Positions 17,653-25,773 of a stretch of 64,000 bases of DNA are shown in pieces. Positions within the stretch are counted from its first letter, which is position 1, and the number at the start of each line of letters is the position of its first letter. A model generated the notes under the pieces. That model ran no database searches. It was given only the letters and a program-made list of their open reading frames with translations, and was not told the DNA's origin. Origin of the DNA: a virus (lineage: Duplodnaviria; Caudoviricetes); the IMG/VR virus record IMGVR_UViG_3300042356_001602; one strand, 5' to 3'. The translations under genes were made by a program, and so were the position numbers.

Positions 17653-18504
17653 CTATACTCTTGCTTTAATATTCCAATTGGATAGTCTGCCACTTGAAAA
17701 GTGTAGAATCCAGCTGGCAAATAAAGCGTTAAGTTCAGGGTTCATCAAATGAGTGGAATCATAGCCTGTTTCTGCCTTGAATGTTTTATACCAACATGAG
17801 TTGATCTGCAACAAGCCAGAATCAGTAGATCCATCAGAGTTTAGAGTGTCATTGAAGGCATTCGGATCACAACGTGATTCACGCCATGCAATGTATGAGA
17901 ATACTTTCCATGGTAAACCATATTTTTTAAATATAGGTTCAAATGCTGGACAATAAAACTCTGGACTAGCTGGAAGCTTAGAGTAATAGAATTTAGGAAC
18001 ATTAGGTTTAAGATAGGAGTTGTTTTTAATACAACCCCAACCATTAAAACCAACAGCTGGTCTAAAGAATGGTTTATTATTAGTTCTGTCTTCGACAGTC
18101 ATAAATTCATTCTTAGTTTGATAGCCAAATGTTGATACTCTATTAGCAACAATTATCTGTTCTAGCATTGTAGCTTTGGAGGGATGGGCAGCAAATTCAT
18201 TGCCACCGTATCCTTTCCATGTGGACTCAGCTATACCAAGTCCACCTCCCCAGTTGCCACCGTCTTGCCAGTTGCCATTTGTTTCACATTTGGCAACTTT
18301 TTTCCAGTAGTTTATTGATGGACCCATCTTGTAATAGATAGGTTTCCATTTAGTAGGATAACTGAGTAAGGTGGTACTTCGGGGCTCGGAAGAAACTTCC
18401 GAAACACCGTCGACATTCTTAGCAGATACTGATGTTGTTGTTGCTGGTAATCCTCCAGCTATTATCACCAGAAGTGACAATAATATGTTTCGTATTATGC
18501 GCAT
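17653..18504 (-). CDS. secreted two-domain lytic transglycosylase (Rpf-like plus SLT-like)
   Basis: Signal peptide; WKKVAKCETNGNW...GGLGI..STW...GG (Rpf); AWRESRCDPNAFN...DSGLLQIN (SLT). Confidence 0.85.
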   Translation of the reverse strand: MRIIRNILLSLLVIIAGGLPATTTSVSAKNVDGVSEVSSEPRSTTLLSYPTKWKPIYYKMGPSINYWKKVAKCETNGNWQDGGNWGGGLGIAESTWKGYGGNEFAAHPSKATMLEQIIVANRVSTFGYQTKNEFMTVEDRTNNKPFFRPAVGFNGWGCIKNNSYLKPNVPKFYYSKLPASPEFYCPAFEPIFKKYGLPWKVFSYIAWRESRCDPNAFNDTLNSDGSTDSGLLQINSCWYKTFKAETGYDSTHLMNPELNALFASWILHFSSGRLSNWNIKARV

Positions 18505-18531
18505 GGGTTTTCGCTCCTTTTCGTGTGGGTT

Positions 18532-18690
18532 TGAGACTTACGTCTCATTAGCAAACGCGCAGGTTGCGAAACCGAAGATGCACGGACACAACGAATTGTC
18601 CGCAGCAGTGGCAGGATTGCCTCTCCGACTTCGTAGATATAACTATCTATTTGGGTTAGGGATATTACCCTTGCCCGGTGCAAACGGGCA
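18532..18690 (-). promoter_or_regulatory. hairpin-dense 5' leader of the Rpf/SLT gene
   Basis: At least six short stems packed in about 160 nt. Confidence 0.45.
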
Positions 18691-18984
18691 TTACATATTG
18701 TATCACATAGATGATAGTGTTATTGGTTTTTAAACTTAACAGTTTGTTCCTCCAGTGTTAACCGTACAGGATATTATTTAATATAATATTTTCCTGTTTT
18801 AATTCTAAATAGAATTACGGTATAAACGGAAAAAGGAATACATTTCTTAAATGGAAGAATCCCGAGAAACTGTTGGGACAATTTCCCGGGATCTTACAAA
18901 GACATTGTACTCCTGCGCTTCGCAATAAATTAATTACGTTCTATAAATAGTAACGGTTTTTAAAGTATTACTTAGCTTTGGTGT

Positions 18985-19239
18985 CTATATTTCTGTAGAA
19001 GCGTCAATGGTCATGCTGCCACTGCTGCTGCTGTTAACAGCGACAGTGCCAGATGGATTAACTTTATATACGCCTCTACGAATTTGAGAGAATCTAGTAG
19101 AATTCTTTCGCATGTAGATGTAAACGTTTTGAACAGTGCAGTCAACTTCTGTTGCAAGTTGAGCAACAGTGATTTCAGTTCCGTTGCTGTACTTGGTATT
19201 GATGAGCTGTTCAATAGCATTTGTTTTTCCTCTTGGCAT
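18985..19239 (-). CDS. HTH DNA-binding protein
   Basis: ITVAQLATEVDCTVQNVYIYMRK followed by a wing. Confidence 0.75.
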   Translation of the reverse strand: MPRGKTNAIEQLINTKYSNGTEITVAQLATEVDCTVQNVYIYMRKNSTRFSQIRRGVYKVNPSGTVAVNSSSSGSMTIDASTEI

Positions 19240-19428
19240 TTTGGTACTCCTCTATGAGGTTGTTGTTGATAATAAGATATATAAAGATATATAGCTACAG
19301 GTGTTAAATGTAGATGATATCGGAAATATCTGAAGTTTTTCAGATACCATCATTACAAGTCATATATATTATATAGTATTAAAAACCTCAAAGGTGTATA
19401 AAATACGAGGTTTAACAAAAAATACGAT

Positions 19429-19677
19429 TTAAAAGACAATTCCTTTGGCTTCGCACAAGGCAGGAAGAGATTGAGACATGTTACTAAAGGCCTTAGACAG
19501 AGTGTCAAATCCTTCAGTTAGAGATCTCAAATCCTTGATGTTATCTTGTACGATAGGAACTGTAATTAAACAATCATAATATTTTGTATAGGTTTCGTGA
19601 AAGACTCTCAGGTTCTCAAAGAACTGAGCTTCTAACTCACCTAGAGATGAGGATGGGTTTTGTTTAGGAAGAATAAT
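19429..19677 (-). CDS. hypothetical protein (82 aa), probable non-canonical ATT start
   Basis: Open frame with no ATG/GTG/TTG near its 5' end; AAGGGG just upstream of tandem ATT codons. Confidence 0.4.
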   Translation of the reverse strand: MILPKQNPSSSLGELEAQFFENLRVFHETYTKYYDCLITVPIVQDNIKDLRSLTEGFDTLSKAFSNMSQSLPALCEAKGIVF

Positions 19678-19823
19678 CTTACCCCTTTTTAAAATAAAAT
19701 AGTGGGAAGCCCAGCCCCCAGTAGTACAAAGGACAAGACTACTGGGAACTGGGTTCGGTTAGCTTTAGATCAAGCTTGACTACCTAATGGGAGTTAGATG
19801 ATAAAGGAGGGTATATATCTAGC

Positions 19824-20114
19824 TCAGCTTGGATCTTGAAGCGTAACTTTTTCCTCGTTTTTTGACGTACTATAACCTTCAATCATATCTAGGATATCAT
19901 CAATTCTTTGAATAGACGATTGGATCCTTATATGATCTTCTTTGGTTACAGTGTTGGTCAAATCGAGGTTTAGATAGTTTTTAAGAGTAGACTGTTGAGA
20001 TAACAGTGACTTGTTAAGAATTTCTAAGTTGTTTGGATCATCGAGGATCTCGCTGAATACATTGTTCATTATATCTCTTTTCATGCCAAATCCGGCGATT
20101 AATTTTTTTTGCAA
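19824..20114 (-). CDS. hypothetical protein
   Basis: ORF track; start uncertain. Confidence 0.6.
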   Translation of the reverse strand: MQKKLIAGFGMKRDIMNNVFSEILDDPNNLEILNKSLLSQQSTLKNYLNLDLTNTVTKEDHIRIQSSIQRIDDILDMIEGYSTSKNEEKVTLQDPS

Positions 20115-20459
20115 TTAGAACGGATCAGACGCATAATCGTTGTCAAGGATTAGCTTATCTGATAGGATGTCATAGAGTTCGATATGAGACTGAGGACTGA
20201 CGTATTGATCTTGGGTATCATTTTCCATGTACTCACCAGTATATTCTATAGGTGTAGTAGGATAACTATAATACTTGTCATGCCAGGCTTCTATCTGAGA
20301 GTTTAGTTCTGGATTGCTAGTACGCATAGGAGCGTGTTCGCAATGGCCGGAACAAAAACCACTTGAATAGAATCCCATGAGCATGAAGATCTCTTGTAGT
20401 GTCTTAGGAGGATAAGGTTTAGTGGACATGTTGGTAAGTTTCTGTGTGTAGTACGCCAC
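20115..20459 (-). CDS. hypothetical protein with acidic DPF C-terminus
   Basis: ORF track. Confidence 0.6.
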   Translation of the reverse strand: MAYYTQKLTNMSTKPYPPKTLQEIFMLMGFYSSGFCSGHCEHAPMRTSNPELNSQIEAWHDKYYSYPTTPIEYTGEYMENDTQDQYVSPQSHIELYDILSDKLILDNDYASDPF

Positions 20460-20670
20460 GGATGGCGTAGGTTAGTAGGGCTAGTACCGCTAGGGCTATA
20501 GAGGCTTGAATATACATGCCAGCTATCATAAAGGTTATGAAAATGCCGGCAGAATAAAAGCTCTCTAATGCCCAATAGGATACTAATACTTTTCTAGGAG
20601 TATCTTTAGACTTAATACGGTTAATAACCTTGGCTGTAGTACGGCCTATGTGCTTAAGTAGTCGTTTCAT
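20419..20670 (-). CDS. small membrane protein
   Basis: Two hydrophobic segments; GGAG ribosome-binding site. Confidence 0.6.
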   Translation of the reverse strand: MKRLLKHIGRTTAKVINRIKSKDTPRKVLVSYWALESFYSAGIFITFMIAGMYIQASIALAVLALLTYAIRGVLHTETYQHVH

Positions 20671-20759
20671 AGATAGCTCCTGTATCAGTGTTTTATCACA
20701 TTGTATTCATAGCTTGATTAAGCATTTATAATACTTGTGTAGAGAGGGATTGTAGTGGT

Positions 20760-20789
20760 GGGTGGTGGGGACTAGTGGGGGATAGGGGG
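20760..20789 (+). other. canonical G-quadruplex-forming sequence
   Basis: GGG-TGGT-GGGG-ACTAGT-GGGGG-ATA-GGGGG in a non-coding gap. Confidence 0.55.
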
Positions 20790-20974
20790 TAGGATCCATT
20801 TATAGGGTTGTATAGTTTATACAGGTTATATATGGGTGCCCCTGTGCGAGGGTCTACCTTATGGGGTTTTATTAACAAAAAGGATCAAGGATTGATCTTA
20901 TAGTTACCCTAAAGGTATACTGTCGCTATCCTATTTATGTATATACCATAGGTAAGTAAAGCATTATTTGATTG

Positions 20975-20988
20975 CGGCGATTCTCGCC
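20975..20988. repeat. palindromic 14-bp direct repeat, copy 1 (CGGCGATTCTCGCC)
   Basis: Identical copy at 21431-21444. Confidence 0.8.
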
Positions 20989-21085
20989 CTAGGAATAAAA
21001 AATATAATATTTTAACTAGGGACATACGAAAAGCCGGCGTAGGTAACCACCATACCTACAACCGGCTTCTCAGTCCGCATATTAC

Positions 21086-21301
21086 TCAAACAGGGAGATT
21101 TACATTGTACAATCTTTTAAAGTCTCGACGCATGGGATGCAGGGCTGATTCTGTTCCATGTGTCGTGTACATTGGGCCTTGGATTGTAGAGGGGGGAACA
21201 ATCTTATATACGCCCGACTTTGCTCTTTCAACTTTAAATCCTAACCGGAGTAGCTCCGATAGGACTTTCTTCATCGTAGATGATTGGTGTTGCCGAGTCA
21301 T
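21086..21301 (-). CDS. HicA-like (dsRBD-fold) protein
   Basis: Helix, GFKVERAKSGVYKI, TTHGT, C-terminal helix. Confidence 0.55.
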   Translation of the reverse strand: MTRQHQSSTMKKVLSELLRLGFKVERAKSGVYKIVPPSTIQGPMYTTHGTESALHPMRRDFKRLYNVNLPV

Positions 21302-21430
21302 GTCTATTATTTCTCCTTATGTGAGTTGTCTGCTTAGACGATATAACTATATCAGTTGTATTGCCAGCGATCAACTCGTAGGACAAATAATTACGGCTCG
21401 AATACCGACTTTAAAATAAGGTTTAAATTT

Positions 21431-21444
21431 CGGCGATTCTCGCC
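21431..21444. repeat. palindromic 14-bp direct repeat, copy 2
   Basis: Identical to 20975-20988. Confidence 0.8.
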
Positions 21445-21523
21445 TTATAGAAAAAAATAAAAAGGCATGTTATATACCACATGGGATACATAACAATGCC
21501 TAATTAGATTTTTGTTGGTACGG

Positions 21524-21775
21524 TTAATTATTGTCACCAAATAGAGAATGTTCTTTAACAAACAGTACTCGGTTACGTTGAATTGCTTTGTCGAGACAAT
21601 CGTCACAGATGATTGCTTGATACTCGTTACAGTCAAACTCTGAGCCATAACCAGAATAAAAGTTTAGGTGTGTAGCACCATTAAGATTATTAGTATCACC
21701 TGTGCCAAATTCTTCTGGCCATAGGTAGATGACTGCTTTTTCACATACAATGCATGGTGTTAGTTGATCTCTCAT
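21524..21775 (-). CDS. Zn-finger hypothetical protein
   Basis: CIVC...ICDDC. Confidence 0.7.
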   Translation of the reverse strand: MRDQLTPCIVCEKAVIYLWPEEFGTGDTNNLNGATHLNFYSGYGSEFDCNEYQAIICDDCLDKAIQRNRVLFVKEHSLFGDNN

Positions 21776-21975
21776 TGTTTTGCCTTTGCTGCGAGTTTGC
21801 CGATGTGATCTATAGCTACTTCTTTAGATACTGGATCATCAGTAAGTAGGAGTTTGTGGATTTGATTGATGTACTGGTATAGTTTTTCTTGTGCTTCACC
21901 ATGAGCGTTGACTACTACTCTGTATTGTTCAATTAATTCTTGTTGTTGTTGGATGATTTCTTGTGGTGTGGTCAT
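21772..21975 (-). CDS. coiled-coil hypothetical protein
   Basis: ORF track; AAAGGAG ribosome-binding site. Confidence 0.7.
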   Translation of the reverse strand: MTTPQEIIQQQQELIEQYRVVVNAHGEAQEKLYQYINQIHKLLLTDDPVSKEVAIDHIGKLAAKAKQ

Positions 21976-22031
21976 TAATATTCTCCTTTGTATGAATAAA
22001 AAATGTTTTATTATATATGTTTATGTAACTA

Positions 22032-22128
22032 TGGTGCGTCTAAATGGATTCGAACCATTATAATATTAAATCTGTACTTTGGCCAAGGCCCTTTTCGAGA
22101 ACATTAATATTGATTACCTATCGACGAC
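22032..22128 (-). ncRNA. tRNA-like element with T-arm and encoded CCA, non-canonical 5' half
   Basis: AATGG-TTCGAAT-CCATT-TAGACGC-A-CCA; 8-bp AATATTAA/TTAATATT stem replaces the D/anticodon arms; acceptor pairing weak. Confidence 0.45.
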
Positions 22129-22260
22129 TAGCCTTTTATGTTGTCAATGCTAAGGACAAGCTGTAAAAAAATACTAAGACTGTTTAGAAACATCTTATGT
22201 AATTATAATAAATGTGCGTTTATACTGTATACGCACCCCACAGTTGGCAGTTACCGAAGT

Positions 22261-23262
22261 TTAGAAGGGATCTTCTTCGTTTTCAATTGCTTCAACGACA
22301 ACTGAAGTCTGCTCAGCACGTGCCGAGTTACTCCAGAGATCGCATGCAACGACTTCGCCTTGTACTGCAAGCGAGAAACGACCACAAGGAGCGTTGACTG
22401 GGTCAAAGATGTTTTGAGGAGTCTTTGAACCATTCTTTTCTACTTTGATACGCTCTTGCGAACCGGACCAGTTGCTGACCCATTGGCGAGACAGTGCAAG
22501 AAGTTCTTTACGCTTCTCTTCTGCTTCTTTTACTTTAGCTTGAGGAAGATCAGAAATCTTCTGGCCAAGCGAATGTGCCTCGAGACGAAGCTGGTATACA
22601 CGTTGGAACGTTGATACAGAAGCGTCAACAAGGTTCAAGAAACCTTGATTGGTACGCGACTTTTCACGATCGGTTGTGCCAAGCTCGAAACTGGTCATTG
22701 GAACACCTGATTGGTGTTGGTATGCAGCAACAATGCGACCAGGATTTTCAATGGAATTGGTTACATCGATTGCACCAGCAGTTTTAAAGGCATTGATGGC
22801 ATGCTTGATACCTTCTTCATGTGCACCGAATTGCTGGAAGAACAATGGCATACCGGCTGAGTAGTTCATGCCCATTGCAGCAAGGGATTCTTCGAACTTT
22901 GAACGTTCAACAGAATCACCAACAAATGCATGCAAGAGATCAACAAGACTCATGGACTCGCCATCGATGTTTACTGAAATATCAAGCTTGACAGGGTTCA
23001 TTACACCAGTGACAAGAAGGTATTCTTTACCTGTGTATGGCGATGACTGACGAAGCACTGAAAGTCGTGACAAGTTAGCTTCACGAAGGGTTACTTCTGC
23101 AGGAACTTCAATGCCATTGACGGAGCCAGTGAACTTGACTGTTTTGCCAACTACGAGGCTCTGTGTACGAGCAGTAGATTGCAAGTTGTCAATGTTCTCT
23201 GCGATTGCCGAGAATAGGTCATTTGAAAGACCGAACTTGTTGAGGATGGATGATGTAGACAT
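22261..23262 (-). CDS. hypothetical protein with acidic EEDPF tail (possible ssDNA-binding/recombination protein)
   Basis: ORF track; follows a class II motif and TAAGGAG. Confidence 0.8.
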   Translation of the reverse strand: MSTSSILNKFGLSNDLFSAIAENIDNLQSTARTQSLVVGKTVKFTGSVNGIEVPAEVTLREANLSRLSVLRQSSPYTGKEYLLVTGVMNPVKLDISVNIDGESMSLVDLLHAFVGDSVERSKFEESLAAMGMNYSAGMPLFFQQFGAHEEGIKHAINAFKTAGAIDVTNSIENPGRIVAAYQHQSGVPMTSFELGTTDREKSRTNQGFLNLVDASVSTFQRVYQLRLEAHSLGQKISDLPQAKVKEAEEKRKELLALSRQWVSNWSGSQERIKVEKNGSKTPQNIFDPVNAPCGRFSLAVQGEVVACDLWSNSARAEQTSVVVEAIENEEDPF

Positions 23263-23360
23263 ATTACTGTCTCCTTAGTTGTATAATTTTGAATAATTGT
23301 GAATAATTGTGCAAAAAGGTATATCTGAGGTATACCCTTCTTTTTGCTTATACCGCAGTG

Positions 23361-23603
23361 TTAGGCTGTGGTTGTGTTTGAGTCAGAAGTATCTTCAACT
23401 TCAGCTGGACGAACCTCGCGATAACCTTCTGCAATTGCACCGGTGATGCTACGTGTGAGATCACTGGTTTTAGAAGGTGTTACTTTGATTGCGTCTACCG
23501 TTTTACCGGTAATGCTGCTAGTTGCAGAGATAGTTTTTGCGGTTAATTTACCGAAAAGCTTAGCTGTTTTTTCTGCCATGGGTGTTTTTTCTGTTGTGGA
23601 CAT
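23361..23603 (-). CDS. hypothetical protein
   Basis: ORF track; AAAGGA ribosome-binding site. Confidence 0.65.
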   Translation of the reverse strand: MSTTEKTPMAEKTAKLFGKLTAKTISATSSITGKTVDAIKVTPSKTSDLTRSITGAIAEGYREVRPAEVEDTSDSNTTTA

Positions 23604-23621
23604 GATGTTTCCTTTTTGTGT

Positions 23622-23699
23622 TTATTGTGTGTCTGTATTTTTTCCTGGAATTATGAATTCTAGGATGTCTGTGATGAAATCGAGTAACCAATCAAGCAT
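23622..23699 (-). CDS. 25-aa peptide MLDWLLDFITDILEFIIPGKNTDTQ
   Basis: Directly after class II motif plus AAGGAAA. Confidence 0.45.
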   Translation of the reverse strand: MLDWLLDFITDILEFIIPGKNTDTQ

Positions 23700-23904
23700 T
23701 TACTGTTTCCTTTCCCTTCTTTTTTGTATTTGCTGTATTAAAAAGCGCTTTAGAAGTTAGAGAGAAAAAACAAATACAATGATCAGTCACGCCACTTCTG
23801 TGGAATGTACTGACCATTGTTATTGCTTCTGTTTGAGTTAATGATTATATAAATGGTGGCTAAGAATGCGTAATTGCATACAAAGCCAAGCATGAACATT
23901 GCCA

Positions 23905-24087
23905 TTAGCCAGCTACCTTTCTTTCAATTGGGCCGGTGTGATCTTCCCAGTTATAAACAATGTTTAGTTGTTGCTTATGGGGCCGGCGAACAACCACATT
24001 CATAAAACCTGTTACTAACATATAATTAATAATAAGAGATAAGAACGTAATTGTTGTAATTGAGCCAGTGATATACCAGTACCACAT
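23905..24087 (-). CDS. small membrane protein
   Basis: Start moved to MWYWY, coupled to the upstream stop. Confidence 0.55.
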   Translation of the reverse strand: MWYWYITGSITTITFLSLIINYMLVTGFMNVVVRRPHKQQLNIVYNWEDHTGPIERKVAG

Positions 24088-24389
24088 TAGACTGCCTGCA
24101 TTTCTGTTAACAGCGTATGTTTTGTATACCATTCCACCATTGTTGTTGAGTGGTTGCGTAAACGCTTAGAGTGTTCGTAGTTATAGTTGACACATTCTTT
24201 GAAGTATTCTGTGCCATCCATAAGTTCGATTCTTACTTTGTTTAGGCTGGTGTGATCAATAATCATAAGGACATTGAGATCCATAGACACGCGAATGTAA
24301 GCTTGACCACCATTGTGATGGTATAGCCTGTCTTCTTGTGCCGCAAGATCAATAAGTTCTAATGTTTGTAGATAGGTTATTTCTTTCAT
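24087..24389 (-). CDS. hypothetical protein
   Basis: ORF track; AAAGGA ribosome-binding site. Confidence 0.65.
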   Translation of the reverse strand: MKEITYLQTLELIDLAAQEDRLYHHNGGQAYIRVSMDLNVLMIIDHTSLNKVRIELMDGTEYFKECVNYNYEHSKRLRNHSTTMVEWYTKHTLLTEMQAV

Positions 24390-24490
24390 GAGTATTTCCT
24401 TTTTATGAATGTAGAGCGTGCTTTGTCACCGGTATAAATACCGATTACGAAACACACTGTGGTGAATGCTATTGCTAGGTGCTTACGCAT
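24386..24490 (-). CDS. 34-aa membrane peptide
   Basis: Manual translation MRKHLAIAFTTVCFVIGIY...; overlaps both neighbours. Confidence 0.5.
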   Translation of the reverse strand: MRKHLAIAFTTVCFVIGIYTGDKARSTFIKRKYS

Positions 24491-24653
24491 TTGTTTCTGC
24501 TTTCTGATGGTTATGCTTGTAGTCAGACCAATTTTGTGTTAGGTCTATTGTTTTGTCATCTTCTTTAGAATAAGTTTCTATTAGATAGACAAGGAATGCT
24601 CCGAGGTATACGCCAACTGAAAGCCAGCGTAGTCTGTTGATAATTGTGGACAT
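24483..24653 (-). CDS. small membrane protein (56 aa)
   Basis: Manual translation MSTIINRLRWLSVGVYLGAFLVYL...; AAAGGA ribosome-binding site. Confidence 0.6.
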   Translation of the reverse strand: MSTIINRLRWLSVGVYLGAFLVYLIETYSKEDDKTIDLTQNWSDYKHNHQKAETNA

Positions 24654-24879
24654 GGTATTTTCCTTTGAGAGATTGATGGATTAGGGATAAAAAAATAATA
24701 ACAAGACACACCAGTGTGGATAGCCGGTCGAGAAAAGAAAGAACCGACTATCCACAACCTGGGAGGTGTCATGCAGATAGGAAGCAGTTATTTGCAGTGT
24801 CATGCTTAGGACACTTTGTTTAAGTCTGACAGAAGACTCAGATCGACTGTCAGCTAAGCATATAAAGAATGCTTAAACT

Positions 24880-25050
24880 TTACCGCCAGGAACCGGTCTC
24901 AATCATCTCGAGAATAGTTCCACGTGGTTCGATGAACAAGTCACCTGCCGGCGAAATCCAACGGATATTTTCCATCATAGAAACAATGCTATCTGCCTCA
25001 TTAATAAGGGTAACAGTGTCATTGATTAGGTTTTCTAGTTTTGTATACAT
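24880..25050 (-). CDS. hypothetical protein (56 aa)
   Basis: Manual translation MYTKLENLIND...; TAAGGAGG site and class II motif upstream. Confidence 0.65.
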   Translation of the reverse strand: MYTKLENLINDTVTLINEADSIVSMMENIRWISPAGDLFIEPRGTILEMIETGSWR

Positions 25051-25211
25051 GGTATTCCTCCTTAGGAATATTTTTGGGCTTACACCCTTCTTTTTTGACA
25101 GAATTCTCTTTTGTATGCACTAGTTGAAGGACTAGTCAGAAAAAGGGGGAAGTCCCAGCAGACCCGCACTTGTGATGCGAATCTACTGGGACAGGGGGAC
25201 TTGACCAGCCG

Positions 25212-25625
25212 TTAGACCAGAAGGTCGTCATCTCCGTCGTCACCCAGAAGAGCACGAAGCTCATCAGAGATAGACATTGTGGAGCTGACGACTGTCAACT
25301 GGCTTGGACCTTGAGCCCAGCACGAAGCTTGGAGCTCTGAGATCTGAACACCATCTGAGTTGATGAATGTGTTCAACTTGGCCTCAGTGACGACGATTTC
25401 ATCACAGGACAACGCAAGCTTGACGCCGTTTGCCTTGGCCTTGGCAAATGCCTTGGTCATTGCTTCGAGCTGATTTGGAAACACGGTCATCGTGATCCGC
25501 TCAGCATTGCCGATGTTGTCAGACTTGTTGAGCCCGACCAAGACAGTAAAGAACTGAGTTCCGTCTGCCTTGTTGTTGACCTTCGGCGAGGTGTTGATGT
25601 AGATGAGTTTTTTGGATAGGGACAT
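25212..25625 (-). CDS. beta-rich protein with acidic tail (OB-fold/SSB-like?), paralog 1
   Basis: Aligns by eye with 28317..28760; ends DDGDDDLLV; start at MSLSKK behind GGAGG. Confidence 0.7.
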   Translation of the reverse strand: MSLSKKLIYINTSPKVNNKADGTQFFTVLVGLNKSDNIGNAERITMTVFPNQLEAMTKAFAKAKANGVKLALSCDEIVVTEAKLNTFINSDGVQISELQASCWAQGPSQLTVVSSTMSISDELRALLGDDGDDDLLV

Positions 25626-25773
25626 TGTGGGACCTCCTAAGGTCGTTATGGATGAGGTAATCACCCTTCTTTTTAGACAGAAAGTCCAGTTTAGAAGAGT
25701 ATCTTGGCATGCTATAGATTAAACATGCACTAAAGAGATTTTAGAAGCAATATAATATTTGCTCCTATAGTCT

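Noticed and set aside
18505-18700. c-di-AMP (ydaO) or cobalamin riboswitch
   Set aside because: Only a GCCACTG fragment resembles the cobalamin motif; the core consensus of neither class is recognisable.
15700-19000. TIGR array or IS110 bridge-RNA locus next to the Nop/IS110-like gene
   Set aside because: The flanking gaps are under 30 nt, and no 36-nt dual-repeat periodicity or IS ends were seen in nearby intergenic regions.
24880-24888. TGG-CGG-TAA at the end of the 56-aa ORF as a fifth CGG shift site
   Set aside because: A +1 shift adds only three residues before another stop, so it gives no evidence either way.
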